From NCBI GenBank assembly GCA_044892525.1, contig CM097885.1, positions 16,122,001-16,186,000 on the forward strand: a stretch of 64,000 bases of DNA, in the 5' to 3' direction. Source of the DNA: Schmidtea polychroa (Eukaryota). Shown here piece after piece: positions 42,461 through 58,000 of the stretch; the stretch's first letter is position 1; each line of letters starts with the position of its first letter. The position numbers were made by a program, and so were the translations under genes. The notes below the pieces were generated by a model. That model was not told where the DNA came from. It made no database searches and saw only the letters and a program-made list of their open reading frames with translations.

Positions 42461-43117
42461 CAATAATCAAACTTGATTGATAAATCCAATATATGTCTCC
42501 ATCTCCTTTCTCAATGAGCGATTCTCATTCTTCAATACCACCATTTCCTCATTCAATTCTTCTATTTCATCTCTGTTCTCCGCCTCTTTCCTTTCAATAT
42601 TGCCCAGTTTCACCTATATTCACAAATATCAATTAAATTAATTACAAATACACTAAAATTTTACATTGAAATTGTTCTCAATGAGATGGCCTTTCATTTT
42701 GTCGTCATCCACCTCATTCATTTCGCATCCAATTCTATTGAATGGACATTTGATTTGTTGCTTGTTGCATGTTCTCATGTGGCTCTCCATCACCTCTAAT
42801 TCATTTTTAAATTGACAATTTTGCATTGGGCATCTCACTATCACTTCTGAAATCCTTAAATTGGCTGCGTGATCTTCAGAAACATCCTTAATAAAATTTA
42901 TCATTTTCTTTTCACAATGTTTTGCTGCTCCGGGACAGAATTTATCTTTTCCATCCAAATAATGTTCAATGCAATCAGAACAAAAGCGACAACCGCAAGG
43001 AGCATGGCAAGCTTTTATCATTAAACACTTGCAAATCCTGCATATCAATTCACTGCTGATTTCATTATCAAATTCAAATTTATTCCTCTTCATCATTTCC
43101 CATACGCTTGCAAACAT
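41555..43117 (-). CDS. TRAF-family gene (RING, zinc finger, coiled coil, MATH), multi-exon
   Basis: CRICKCLM...PCGCRFCSDCI; CPMQNC...HMRTC...CPFNRIGC; YSKPFYSGPIGYKMCL, LDWPF; short GT-AG introns. Confidence 0.9.
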
Positions 43118-45581
43118 TTTATCTAAAATTAACAAAATTATCAAAATATTTCATCATTTTACAACAATCATAAATCATACTTATTATATTAATTATTTCC
43201 TCTGAAGTTTACAATTTCAATATTTATAATTTGTATTTTGATGTAGATAAACAAATATTTTATAAATATTGTTTTTTAGCTTTTAGCACAAATCAAAATA
43301 TTATTAATGCTAATTTTTTTCTCATTTATGTTAAATATTACAAAATTAATTAAATTACAATTTGATAACAAAATGTAAAATTTTAAAATTTTAACAGCAA
43401 ATGCAAATTAAAAATATATCAAAATATAAAAATAAATAATTTTCATAAAATATTAAAATATTGATCAAATGAACTCGTCATGGTTACAAATATTTGTCTG
43501 ACATTTTCTGATGTGTACAAGGTTCTTGTGAGCCCCATATTGACATTTTATTGTGACAAAGCTGCAATGATAAAATGTCAAATGCAGAAAGCAATACTGA
43601 TAAATTGGATTAGATTTAACACAATAAAAATTAAATTGTAACGAATTTTTGTATAATTTTATAAAATCTGTGATCGATGCAAAGCCTAATTGACACGTAA
43701 TTTTAATTGATTTTATCCAATCGTATTGCAGTTCACTGGCTGGTGGATGTGTATTGATGCATGAATACATGTACATAAATGTGGCACAGAATTCGGTCAC
43801 AGCAGATTCAGCAACAAATAAAACATTGGTTTTTTTATTTTTTTAAATTAATCCAATTAATGGACACCGTGGAGCAATTGCTAGGACCATTCTGATGTCA
43901 TTCCACAGTAGCCGCGGTCATCTTTCATTGTTCTTTGTTGTGTCATCGAACGCATTGATAAATTGTGACGTGACTTGTTAGGGGTTTCTATCAAGAGTTC
44001 TTCCTACAATAGCGAATGTGTAAAAGTTGATGTAATAGATCACAGGGTGTCAGTAGCATTCATCTATATCCATGCCCAGTGTGATAAATGCTTTGGAAAC
44101 ACTTATTTTATTTAGTCTTCCATATTTGTTTATTGAATGAAGGATTTTATGCCATTGCAGAATAAATTATTTGACACTAACTGACATGGTAAATGGAGGG
44201 AATGGGGGCCACAGGTTATATCAACAATGATACAAATATAATTGCATATCACTTATTCCGTAGCCTACAGACGTCAATATTAGGAAAGGAAGAATCATTC
44301 GCATAGAATATTTAGCTAAGTATTACCTATGGTGTTACCTTGTGTATGAATATGAATTAATGACGAGTTGAGGGAATTTGATTTTAACCTTTCTAGATCC
44401 TCAATTTGAAGGTATGGAAACTTGTAAACAGACAAGATCCTACACTGACATATCAGATGGCATGCATGAAAGGAGCTTTTACCCCTCTGGGGTCTTCGAG
44501 AGTCTCCGGTACCAGTCGGGTTCCGTGTAGCACACGGGTTCACCACTGTCGGTGTATAGGAACTAGAAATTTCCGCTTAGGAAATAGCTGTAGAAAACGA
44601 GATCGTATGATACCACAGACTAATGTAAATTTCCTTGGTTCGAGAGATATTAGAAACTAAACTATCAGACCTGATACGAATAAATCCAAATACTCTACGT
44701 TGGCACATAATATGATTCCAAAATAATTGATATGAAGTGGAATGTTTATTATTTCTAAGAGTAGTAACACGGGAAACTGTTAGGCGATAGTTTTCGAGGA
44801 TATGCATATATGGCAGATACCCCATTCTCCGAAACCATTGAAAAATGCGATATTTTTAACTGAAGCTTGATGGAGGTTGAATCATGTTTGGAAATTTCAA
44901 CTTATGACAGACCCAACATTTTCAAAGGCAAAGCTTGAAATTATCGACAAGGCAAGATAAAAAACAAGAATTATGATAAAATTGAATGAAAAAAGGCATA
45001 AATGTTGTTTTTTCTTTAATATGAAGTGAGGATAGACGGCAAAGAATGCTGAGGCATGGACAAATATCCCTAGGTAATTTGCGGACTGATAAATGACTGC
45101 TACTTTTATTGCTCGGTTTCTGTTACCAGCAATCAGAAAACGTGCTATTAAACCAAAAATTGTCCCAAAAGCAAACAATTTCATTACCAAAGAAGTGAAT
45201 TGAATGAATTTAGTCTTTGTAATTCCCAAAAACACAAAAGAACAAGAAATAGCAAAAAACTTGTCTAAAAAAATAAATTAAATGAGACATTAAAGTGAAA
45301 TAAAATTTGCCAAAAGAATCCGATATCCATTCATTCGAGTTATACCTGAATTTAGCCAGCAAAGGTCTGAATCTTGTAGAGCTCCAAGAATAAAAGTTTC
45401 AGTTGTGGAATTAATTTGTTTTTTATCCAATCGAAATGTACTAAATTATCGTAAAAACATTAAGATGAAAAGCATACGGATTATGAACAACAGAAAACCA
45501 TTTATTTACATAATATAATTGGTATGTATCACTAACGAGACATAATTTTTAAATAATAATTATATTAATAATAATAACAAC

Positions 45582-45642
<61 letters not shown>

Positions 45643-46010
45643 TTTTAAACAATTAAATAATAATTTAACTCTTTTACTGCAAATAATAAATTTAATACAA
45701 ATGAAAAAAAAACATTTTTGTATTTATTCTTGCCATTGAAATGTCGAAATCAAAAATTATTTTTAAAAATCTTTATTGGGTAGTTAAATGGTTATTATGT
45801 GAAATTTCATCACACTTATAATTAGGTTGATAAATAAGGAATGTCGGTTACTGGGTAGCTGAATTGTAACGTATAATATTTGTTTTAATACTTCATTATT
45901 TAATGCCATATTGTATATCATTTTAAACCTTGAATCCAGCTCAATAATTCGATGACAATGTTTATGTTTATATAAGTAATTTTTATATATTTTAAGGTAA
46001 TTCACCAATT

Positions 46011-46190
46011 ATGAAAAGGAACGAAATCAGAGCAATTTATCTTTATGAATATAAACGAGGTCTGAAAGCAATATGAGCAAGGCATTTGACCTGAATACAG
46101 CTAACGAACGTGATTTTTATATTTGTTAAAATAAACAAACTTGTTTCTAGATGTCAAAAGGAACTAGATATTAACGGATTTTATTCTAAT
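46011..46190 (+). pseudogene. Internally deleted mariner transposase remnant
   Basis: MKRNEIRAIYLYEYKRGLKA (N-terminal HTH-like) joined to NKLVSRCQKELDINGFY (C-terminal motif). Confidence 0.6.
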
Positions 46191-46602
46191 TTATTATATA
46201 TGATGAATTTATACGGGAAAAAATTTAGATTGGAATTTACTGAAAGAAATCAAAAATGTTGTATATGGTCAAGCGATGAAATAATCTTATATATAATTGT
46301 GAATTTATGCATCATGTTTGTTATAATTTCTAAATACATAAATTTTTAAATTGAAACCACAATAAGAATCCTTATAAATCGTTATTATTACAAAAAATCA
46401 CTTTGCCCCATTTAAATTCTTAGGTTAAGTATGTTCAATTCAGATCAGCACTAATGTGGGTGGCCATTAAAAAAATCAGGTAATGTAGTATTTTATTTTT
46501 TGTCTAATCGTTCACCAAATACCTTTATTTCATTACATTACCATTAAGCATCATACATTGCAACGTATAAAACTGTATATGTCCATCTGTTCACTATTAT
46601 AA

Positions 46603-46943
46603 TCTATAGATATAAAAAAATTAGTTCAGAATTAGACTTCAGAAAGCTCCAGTTTCCAGTTCGCCTAGCTTTTTAAATGTCCATCAATAAAGTACAAGGA
46701 CAGTCTCTGAAAGTTGTTCTTTATTATCATAGATACAAACCCTGAATCATTTTAAAATCATTATATCATAATAAATTTTAATTATTATTAATATTTTCGG
46801 TTTTTTTTAATTTTCACATCCTAATAACATGTAACATATGTTTACGATGTATAATTACTTTTGAAAATTGAAATGCATTTAATAAAATATAGCAATTTAC
46901 TATATGACTTATGTGCCCGAGCAGCGCCGGGTAGCCCAACTAG
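46603..46943 (+). mobile_element. Non-autonomous Helitron
   Basis: A|TC start, Pif1 helicase relic QFPVRLAF*MSINKVQGQSLKV, 3' hairpin CCCGAGCAGCGCCGGG then CTAG|T. Confidence 0.8.
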
Positions 46944-47082
46944 TCACACTATGAATAAGCAATTTATGATGACTGAATTAATGACATTGGTTTGTTTTGA
47001 CTTTTATCTCATATAAGCATCAATTTATTATAGAGTATTTCAGTAAAATATAATGGAATATGAAATTTCTGTATACAAGGAA

Positions 47083-50000
47083 AGTAGGTAGTTATGTAGG
47101 GTCCAGATCCGGTCCCCCACCATAATTTTTTTTTAATTTTTTAAAATACCCCCCCCCCATAATTTTTTTTTTATAAATTTAAATTTTTGTTTTGATCATC
47201 GATTACGTAATAATTTCTAATATTTGTTTCCCCATTGATTACATAATAACTTTGTTTTAATTATCGATTACATATTAATTTAATTTTGTTTTAATCATTG
47301 ATTACATCATTAATTTTAATGTTTTATAAGAATTTTTTATTTCAATATACTTGAAATTTAATTCTCTATTAAATGTAATCAAAATTCTGAAATTTCATTT
47401 TTAGTAAACCATTTTTGAATTTACACATCTTTTTAAAACAATTGAGATATTTACACTCAAACAATATATAGATAGAATTTTAATCTCTATAAAATGACAT
47501 CATTATTTACTTCAAATTCATAATCATCACACCTTAAACAATGCATTTTCCAGCCAACTTTTACATACACACATATTTTCAACTTTTAAAAAATACAAAT
47601 TATTCATCTATACTTAACTCATTATGATAGTAAATAATAAAAGACATATTAAAAGATGTATTAAAAACTAAACATTTATTAAAATCCCAGAGAAATTCGA
47701 GCAATATCTAATTTCCAAATCGGTGATATGACATCTTTCTCATCCATTTTATATCCCTGTATTGAAATATTTACAAACCAGCTTTCCCCATATCTTTACA
47801 TTCAATTTTATATAACAAAGACATATTACATAACAAAGACACATATAAATAATTACCCTATAATAAATAATACCCTATGGGTATTGCTCACATTCAACAT
47901 GTCGCAAGGGTACTGGTCGTAAGAGAATTTAATGCTTTTATTTGAATGATTATTTAGGCAAATTTGTTTAAGGCATTCATTGATAATTTTTAGAGTTGAT
48001 GGTTTTAGTAAATATTCAAGTAAATTTCTATCATTTTTATGAATTTTTATCATTTTTGTGAATTTCTTTGATTTTTGTAAATTTCTATTATTTTTGCAGA
48101 TTTCTATCATTTTTGTGAATTTTTATCGTTTTTTGTGGATTTCCATTATTTTCATGAATTTCCATAATTTTTTGTGAATATCAGTAATTTTTGTGGATAT
48201 CTATCATTTTCATGAATTTTTATCATTTTTGTGAATTTCTTTGATTTTTGTAAATTTCTATTATTTTTGTGGATTTCAAACATTTTTGCAAATTTCATGT
48301 TTATTGAATGAATATTTAATAATTTAAAGTTAGTTCTAAGATAAATTTAATTAATTTCTTGATAATTGGATGTATTTTTAATTTTAAATAAAAATTATTT
48401 TTTAATGAGGTTAATAATTAGAGTTTGTACAATAATCAAGTGGTAGGATAAATTTTTATGAGAATATTGAATAATTTTCTAAGAATTTCATGTTGACTGA
48501 TTAAAAGTTTTAATGGTGATAAATTTAATTGATAAATTTAATTAATTTCTTGATAATTAGTTGTATTTTATTGAATAGTTTTTAAATAAAAATTAATTTC
48601 ATTGACAATTAGGTTAATAATTAAGTGATAGAATAAATTTTTGATGATAACTTTTGATGATAATATATTTGACTAAATAATTTTTTCAATAATTTTCTAA
48701 GAATATTTACACATTGATGATCTTTAAAAAACATAAGCTAAGAAACCAGTTAACTTTATCAAGGACTTTAAATTTACTTGAAAATTAATATAAGATATAC
48801 TGAAATTTAGTTTGCTGTTATTGCTTGAAAATGATTGGCTGAATCGATGAAGAATTATAATCAATCAATATATATCATCTCTAGTTGGGTATTTGATGGG
48901 TTAAATATTTGTAGAAAATATTGATTTTTGATCTTTTAGTGAACTCTTACTACATAGCTACCAAATTATTTCAATGGAAGAATGTCTGGTGTCTGTAACA
49001 GTTTATGAAAATTCATATTTTTTGAAGAATTCTCTAAGGATTTTTAGATGATTGACTGAATTAAAGGGGATATAACCTCAAGGGATATAGTTGGTTAGAT
49101 ATTGAAGTTTAAAGTGGTAGAAATATTTACTGAGAGATCGGTTAAGATGGGAATATGTTTTTATGGGTGATATAGTCGGTTAAATTTAATGAGAGATGGG
49201 TTTAGATGGGAATATAGTTGGTTAAATATAATGAGAGATGGGTTAAGATGGGAATATATCATTGTAAGGGAGATGTTGGTAAAATATCAATGTTTTAAGG
49301 GAAATTGCAATTAGTCAGTTATGAATCAATAATAATGTGAAATTATATTGTTTTATTAGGTTGTGATTAATTCATTGTATATTAATTTAGATTTATGTTT
49401 TAGAACAATGTTCTACTAAGTAGGGATAATGATCGATTTACTTGGTTTTGACAATGAAATCTTTACAGATAATTGGGATTGACTTCAACTTTAAATTATT
49501 TTTTTTTCTTTATTTAAGCGGAGAATGACAAAAGTTGAGAAATATGGACTTAAAACATCGACAACAACTAAATAAAATTGATCTTTATTAGAAGAAATCT
49601 ATCGATTGATTTTAATTAGTAATTAAATCGGTTGAATATCGGTAAAAATGATCATTTGAAGAAATATATTTTATTGAATGGATAAATTTAATCTTTCAAT
49701 GGGACCTAGTCAGTTATATTTATTTTAAATTTCGAGTAGATTTACAAATATTTACAGTTATTAACAAAAATTTAATTATAACCAGTTTTATCATTAGATT
49801 TTATAAATTCTTTAGGGTTAATGACCAAATTATTTTACATGTTTTATAGGGAAATATTCGTGATAATAGGAATTAAAGTTAGAATTATAGTCATTTACAG
49901 GGATTTTAAGGAATCTTATTAGTCTGAGGGAAATATATATCCTTTTAAGTGTAATTATCGATAAAATACTAATCTTTAAAGTTGGCGTTATTTCAGGGAA

Positions 50001-52532
50001 ATTTGATGCTTTTTAGATGATTTTAGTGAATTATTTGTAATAATATGGATTAAGGGTAGAGATATAATCATTTAAGAGATTTTAAGGAATCTTGTTAGTT
50101 TGAGGTGAATATATGATCTTTAACAATTATTTATCATTAAAATACCAATTTTTAAATATTGATGTATTTAGGGGGAAAATGATTCTTTTTAGATGATTTT
50201 ATTGGAGAATTCACTTGGATATACCAATTATTGTCATTTAAATGAATTTACTGGTTTGTTAGATGTTATCATTAGTTATCTCTTTTGGAATTTAATGATA
50301 ATTATTTTTATTGTAGATTGATGACTTTGATAATTGTAATGAATTTATACTGATTTTTTAAAAATATATTGAGCAATCAGTCAATCAATTTGAGTACATG
50401 TATTACTTTTAAAAAAATATAATTAAAATTAATTTTATTTCAATTAATTTATTCAATCTAAATCAATTATCTACTAGATCTTATTTCAAAATTTTTATTA
50501 ATTTATTATCTTAATTGATTCAACTTGAATGATCAATATTTTTTTTATTTACTGGATGATTAATGACTAGAATTCTTTCTTGTCCATTAATTACATTTTT
50601 ATAATATTTATTTCGTATATTTTGAATAAATTTAAATTTTTACAATTATTTAATCAATTTTTACCTAGTTATTGATGCCTTGAGTTCAATTAATTTTTCA
50701 TCCAATTTTTCAAGTGATGAGTATTTTCTTTTAAAGATCAATTTGTTAGTACATAGTTGTTGGTTGTTAGTAGTTGGTACTTGGTAGTTGGTATCTGATT
50801 GACTTTTTAGATTTTGATAAGAAGATAGTGTATGTGATGAAGAATATTTTGTATTTGATTGCTATTATTTTTATGTGTTGTTAGTTGATTGTTGTTACTT
50901 GGTATCTAGTTGATAGTATTTTGCTGATAGTGCTTGGTAACTTGTTGTAAGTACTTGACTGATAGCGTTTGGTATCTTATTGTAAGTATCTAGTTATAGG
51001 TTGATATTTGTTAATTTCTTGATGGGTTTTGATGGTGTTTGTTAGTACTTAGTAGCTAGTTAATGGGTAGGTGGTGGTTGAGCAATCAGTCAATCAATTT
51101 GAGTACATGTATTACTTTTAAAAAAATATAATTAAAATTACCCTTACAACTAGTACCCTTACGACTAATACCCTTACAACCAGTACCCCTACGACTAATA
51201 CCCTTAGACGGTCAAAACATCCTGTCGGATAAACTCAGAGTATATATAATAAAACTGATCAATAATAAGTATTTATTGAATGCGATTTTTACTTTGCAAT
51301 AATAAGTCAGTAGTTATCATTTAAAAGAAGAATGTTTTGTAAATTAGAATTCTATAGTCTTTCATTGTAATTTAAATTATTTTGAATTCCACGTGGTGAT
51401 GAGTTGACAATTATTCATTTTTTGATGAAAATCATCATTTTTGTTAAATTTAGACATTTTGAAAAGGTTTTTCTACTGATTGTAATTAAACATATTTTTG
51501 AAGACAGATAAAAAATTAATTTAAAAAGCATTTCATAAAATACAATGATGAATATTTAGTTGATTGTAAGTAGTTAGTTGTAAGTACCTGGTTGTTTGAG
51601 AGTTAGTTAGTACGTGGTATCATGTTGTAAGTATTTGGTACTTATTTGTTAGCACCTAGTTAAAAATAATCAGTAACCGATTGTTGAGAACTGTTGAATT
51701 ATTATTATTATTATTTTGATTATTATTATTATTATTTTTATTATTATAAATATTATTATTATTATTCCATTAAAATTTTCATTTGACTTTGAAAAATATT
51801 TTATTGAAATTAACTTAAAAAATTATTCCATAAAAATTTCCATTAAAATTTTCATTAAAAATTAACTTAAAAAATTATTTCATTAAAATTATCTTAAAAG
51901 ATTTTACATTTAAAATTAACTTAAAAAAATTTTACATTTAAAATTAACTTAAAAAATATTTCTTAAAAATTTACTTTAAAAATTAACTTAAAAAGTTATT
52001 TCATAAAAATTTTCATTAAAAAATTTCAATGCTCAAACACCTTCTATTATTCCAACTTTTTGTTACTAAATTTTAAAATCTTACTTTAATTTACATATTA
52101 CATTACTTATTTAAAAATTATTACTTTACCATTACTTTACAAAATTATTACCATCGAGACCCCCTCACTATAGTCTGAAAATTCTATGCTTTTTTATTGA
52201 AGACCGCCTTTTTTTATTGAAAATATCCTGAGACCTTGCTTTTTTATTGATAGTCGGATTTTTGTATTGAAAATCCCTGGATCAATCGAGACCCCCTCAC
52301 TATAGTCTGAAAAATTCTTGGCTTTTTAAGTGAGACCGCCTTTTTGTATTGAAAAAATTTTTTTGTATTGAAAATCCCAGGACCATCGAGACCCCCTCAC
52401 TATAGTCAGAAAAAAAAATTTGGACTAAAAATCCCTGAAAGCAAAAAATGTGAGTTGCAGCAAAAAAATTTTGCAGCAGACCCCCCCCCCCACCGGGGGG
52501 TCATTGCTGCAGTACGCTCCTAACTACCTACT
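47083..52532. mobile_element. Second non-coding AGTAG-ended Maverick-like derivative
   Basis: Perfect 12-bp inverted termini AGTAGGTAGTTA; CATCGATTACGTAAT subterminal repeat as in the 1-7629 element; 48700-49700 is an inverted homologue of ~4070-4980. No TSD seen. Confidence 0.6.
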
Positions 52533-52966
52533 TATAGAATAGCTAGTTATTTCATTGAATAACTAGTTAAAGTGTCAAATCATTAACGTATTACACAATT
52601 TAACAGACACGATAAGTTATTTCATGGAATAACTAGGTATTCTATGAAATAACTGCATTATATACCTTAACGGTAACATATATACTTAATGAAAAGACCA
52701 AAAAGTCACAAACATACAATATGATCATATATTAAGTACAAAGGCAAAACCCCATTAAAAGGCTATATTATGACCTTCAATTTATTAAATCATTAGAATA
52801 TAAAAAGAAATTTAACTTAATATTTCATTTATAATTTATTCGTAAAATATATTTTTCTGAATAATAATTTGATAAATTTGATATTATGTAAATATGCGTT
52901 ACTGACAAATTATAAGTAAAATATTAAATAATCTTTCTATTTATAATTAATATTTTTTCAGTTTCA

Positions 52967-53424
52967 TCACATGATATAAAGATGAAAGTTTGTTTGTTTG
53001 TTTGTTACCCATAGAATTCCCCACCGTTGGACCTAAGATGCTGAAATTTTGCATATGACCCTCATTTGACTCGGCACAGGTCATAAGCTATGTTTCAAAA
53101 CCAGGTGACCACCCCTAGGGTACCCTAACCCTTCTCAGGGTCACCTTGATTTGCTACAGTAGATACGTATAAACATTTTTCAAATTTTTAAAGTGCTATT
53201 ATACTTAGTTTTAAATTCCATCTATACATTGCACTACTGAAAATTGCATCAGAAGTCGGCTTCCCATCGTAAAATTTGGTCCCCAAAAGCAACTTTCGAG
53301 ATTTTTTTAATTAAATTTTAATGTATTTTAAAATTTTTTTTTAAATAAATGAATTGAAATAAATTTCTTTAATTTGAATCTGTTAATTATTTTTAAATCG
53401 TGCAACACCGGGTACCCCAGCAAG
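52967..53424 (+). mobile_element. Non-autonomous Helitron-like element
   Basis: TC start followed by ATATAAAGATGAAAG(TTTG)n; 3' end CGTGCAACACCGGGTACCCCAGCAAG|T similar to the 46943 end. Confidence 0.6.
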
Positions 53425-55037
53425 TAATTAATATAATATGTTTGATGGGCCTGTATTGAATATATAAAGTTGCCAACAATGCGTATATTTTGAACGATGA
53501 TAATTTAAACAAAAAGAAAATCCCATAAATTTAAAGATATATTTATGACATGTTAAAAGCTTTAGTTAATTTAAATATAAAATTATTTCAATCAATTGTT
53601 ACAGTCGGAATTCGGTTCAATAATATCAAAAAGAATAAAGTGCAGACGGTGCAAACGCGTGTCACTATCTTATCATTTTACGCCTTTATTGACACTCCTG
53701 GCTAAGGAATTTATATTTGGGAAAAAGATGAAAGTATGAAACTATTTCAATTTTTGGGACAGAATTTAGGAACCAAGTTGGTTTTAATACAATAATTATC
53801 CAGCAAAGGTGAAATAAAAGAACCTAGCCAATTATAGGCAATGCGTGACGTTAAACAAACAACAAATTAAAAATATTTACCATTTCAAAGACATTGGTAA
53901 TTTCGAAATACAATTCATCATTTATACTATCCTTTTCTTCGGTAATGGAGATCTCTTCAAACTGACCATCTAGGTCCAGCAATTCTTGAGGGGGTGCAGT
54001 ATAATTCGGTACATCATCTATTATAATAGAAAACGATCCAATTAATAAAAATATATTTACCTATTTCTATAGCATATGTTAGGTTGATTGTTGTATTATT
54101 ATATTATTGTGGTGTGCTATGCTAGAAATTTGAAGGACCCGATAGAGTCACCGGTAAGAAAAATGTGTTGGGACTATCGGGGTGCGTGTTGTGTAACAAT
54201 AAAGCAAATAAAAATAATATAAACAATAGTATATTAATCTAAAACTTTTATTTAACCAAATTAAAAAACCTTGAGTGAGGATAGAAAAGTATATCAATTG
54301 TTTCTTGACCCGATTTTAATAGTTGGGTATTCGTTCCTTGTTTTCGAATTTATATTTCTATTTAGTTTTCTTTTTGATTGTTTAGGGAATATAAGAATAG
54401 GTAATGGATGTTGTTGTAGAATTTGAACTGAACAGGAATTTGGTAGGAAAGTATATCAGTTGTCACTTGTTACAAAATTATCGGTTGTGTATTTGTCTTT
54501 TTCTATTTTCTTGGGGTCTATATTTCTGTTTAGTTTTCTTTTCGATCGTTCAAAGAGTACGGGAAAGAAAATATCTTCCAATTCTTCAATTTAATATAGC
54601 GCTGATAATTCTAATTCTTCAGTTGTTCAATTTGATTTAATCTTCTGGAGTTTTTGTTTTTTTAAAATTTTCTTATTGATTTTATTAATTTATCATTTTT
54701 CTATAGTGATAATTTACTATGGTAAATTATCACTATATAGTTTATTTATTTTTTTAAATAAAATAAAAACCTTCTCCACGTACAGCGTGCAGAATTGTTT
54801 ATTACATTCATACAATGTGATTAACAAAACCAAAAAAAACAGAGAATCACAATACATTACAGAACTTCCCCCTTTAGAACCGGAGGTTAACATTTAAACA
54901 GCTTTACATATTTACAGAGATAAGATAAAGCATATGTTGTTGTGTTTTGTGATGATTTAGTTGTGTTTATGTTTTGTGTTTTACAACTAGCACATTATAA
55001 AAATTGTACAACTAAATTTTGTGGGTACATGTGTTGT

Positions 55038-58000
55038 TTATTTGAGGCAATCGCTATAACGCTTTTTGTATTCTGGTGAGATTGTTGTGTTCTTGTCAAA
55101 AATTTTTGTTAAGTCTTTTTCGCTGAATCTGATGTGTTTCTGGTTTGTCTGTATTTCTGTTCGTTCTTGAGTTTTGTACTTTGGGTGGTTGTTTTCGTGA
55201 TATGGTTTTAATCTGCGTATGTTTATTTTGATTTGTTTATTGTCTTTTAAAATTGTGCCAACGTTTTTATACATATTTAACAGTTTGTATGGGCCTTCGT
55301 ACTTTGTTTCAAATCCGCTAGTGAAGGGTTTCTTTACTAAAACCATGTCTATTATTAGTTCTGTTTGGTTTTGGGTTTTATTATTATTTTTGTTTTTTAG
55401 AATACTTTTTGGTATGGGTATTTGTGATTCTTTGGCGGTAGTTTTTATCTTGTTTTCGTTTTCGTCCTTTAAGTTTGGTAGGTTTGTATGGTGTCCAAAA
55501 ACTGATTGGCTAGGGCTTTTGTTGTTTAGGCTTGAAGGGTTGTTTCGTAATCCTATTAGTATTTCTGGTAATTTTTCTAACCAGTTGTTGTTATTATTTG
55601 TTTTTGTTCTGATTGCTTGTTTTAATGATCGGTGTAATCTCTCGACTTTTCCGTTTGATTGTGGATTGTATGCTGTTGTTCTGGTTTTGTTGATGTTATA
55701 TTTGTTGCAAAGTCCTTTGAAAATGTCGGATTCAAATTGCCTACCCTGATCGCTGATTATTGTCTTTGGGCAGCCATACCGGGCGAACCAGTTTAATTCT
55801 AATTTACTGCATATTTTTGCTGCTGATATTTCCTTTATGGGAATGGCTTCGAACCAATTTGTTTTTCGATCTATTATAGTTAATAAGTACTTGTGTTTAT
55901 TATTTGGAGGTAGAGGGCCGACTATGTCGATATGTATCGTTTCGAACGGTTCAGAACTTGGGAATTGTACAATTGTTGTTTTGTTGTTATTTTGTTCTTT
56001 TGACACTGTGGGCAATTTTTTACGAATGTTTTTACGTCCCTTCTCATATAAGGCCAAACAACTTTGGTATGCAGAAGTTCGTATGTGGCTTTGTTTCCCG
56101 GATGGTAGATGTTGTGATATTTTTGGAGGTATTGATCGCGCAGTTCTGCTGGTACTACAATCCTTTTGTTATTGTCATTTGAAGTGTCGTACCATATGCC
56201 GTCTATTTCTTCCAGATGGAGTGAAATTATCCTTGGAGTTTCGATTGTTGTTTCTTTTTGTTTAGTTTTTAACTTTTCTAACTCTATGATGGGTGTTATG
56301 TTAAGTGCATTTATGTCAGTTTCTATTCTTGATAATGCATCTGCACTTAAATAAGCAGAACCTGCTATGTATTTTATTTTGCAATTAAATTGTGAAATAT
56401 AGTTTAATTGTCTTATTTGTCTCGGTGAAGGATTTTTCATGTTCATTGCGTTTATTAAGGGTTTATGGTCGGTATACACTTCGAAATCTTTTCCTTCCAA
56501 AAAGTATTGGAAATGTCTGATTGTATCATGTAACGCTAATAACTCCCTGTCAAAAGTGGAGTATCTCATTTGGTGAGTTTTGAGTTTCTTTGAGAAGAAG
56601 GCTATTGGTCTTTTTTCGTTATTTTCTTCTTGGAATATCGTTCCGCCCATTGCTACTCCCGAACAATCTGTGTTGACTATGTATGGTAAATCTTGGTTGG
56701 GATAGTTTAGGATGCTTGCATTTTTCAGATTTTCTTTTGCCTGCTCGAACGCTGTTATTAGTTTTTCGTTCCAATCTATTTTGATGTTTCTCTTTATTTT
56801 GTTCAGTTCATTGAGAGGGGCTAGCATTTCACTACATCTTGGTATGTATTTGTGATAGAAATTGATCATTCCAAGGAAACGTCTTAGCTCTTTAGTAGTT
56901 TTGGGTAGGGGGTAATTTTTGATTGCTTTGATTTTGTCGTCTAAAGGTCTTGTTCCGTTTTCGTTTAACATGTGTCCCAGGAATTTTATTTCTGTTTTCA
57001 GAAATTCACATTTTTTATGTTAATTTTTAGCTCGTGTTTGCTTAATATTTCGAACACATTTTTAATATTTTGTATATGTTCTGTTTTGTTTGCAGATGCT
57101 ATCAGAATGTCGTCAAGGTATGCGACTGTGTTCTGTTGATTTCGTAATAATATTTGGTCCATGAAGCGTTGGAAAGTGGCTGCAGCATTTTTTAATCCGA
57201 AAGGCATTTTGTTATACTCGAACAGTCCTATGGGTGTGATGATTGCTGTTTTCTTTATGTCTTCAGTTCTGACGGGAATTTGATGATAGGCTTTTTGTAA
57301 ATCGATTTTGCTGAAAATTTTGGGTTTGTTAAATCTGTTGATGATATCGTTTATTATTGGGATTGGGTATTTGTCGGCTGTTGTGATATTGTTTAATGCT
57401 CTGTAGTCTCCGCAGGCTCGCCATTCGCCGTTTGCCTTTTCTTTAAGCATGAGGGCTGATGACCAGTTTGAGTTTGAGTGTTTGACGATTTGATTTTCTA
57501 GTAGTTCGTCGAATATTTTCTTAGTTATCTCGAGTTTATTTTTGTCTAACTGTCTGACTTTTGCATGGACTGGGTTTCCGTTGCTAATTATTATGTGTTC
57601 GGTTATGCATTTTGTGTTATTGTTTGCCTATAGTTTATTAGTTATATTTGCTACATTTTGTATCAGTTTTGTGATTTCGTTAGGTATGTGCCAGTTTGTT
57701 TCTGTTTTATTTGTTTTTTCTTCACCGTTTTGGGCTGTTATTACTCCGATGTCACAATTGATTTGTTTTTTTGATTGTTTATTTTTGTGGTGTATGTCAT
57801 TTGAATTGTTTGGTATGACTTTTCCATTCTTACAGTCGACTAGTAGATTATAGTATGAAAGGAAATCTGCTCCTAAAATAGCTTGTTTGACTTCAGCGAT
57901 AGTGAATTGCCAATTGTATTGTGTGTTGTTGATGGTGATGTTAATGTTTTGCTTTCCGAACGTTTTTATTGGGCTGCCGTTTGCTGCGCACAAATTTGCG

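Noticed and set aside
52153..52410. CTCACTATAG resembling the T7 promoter
   Set aside because: Lacks TAATACGA; it is part of a 3x subterminal repeat, so not vector contamination.
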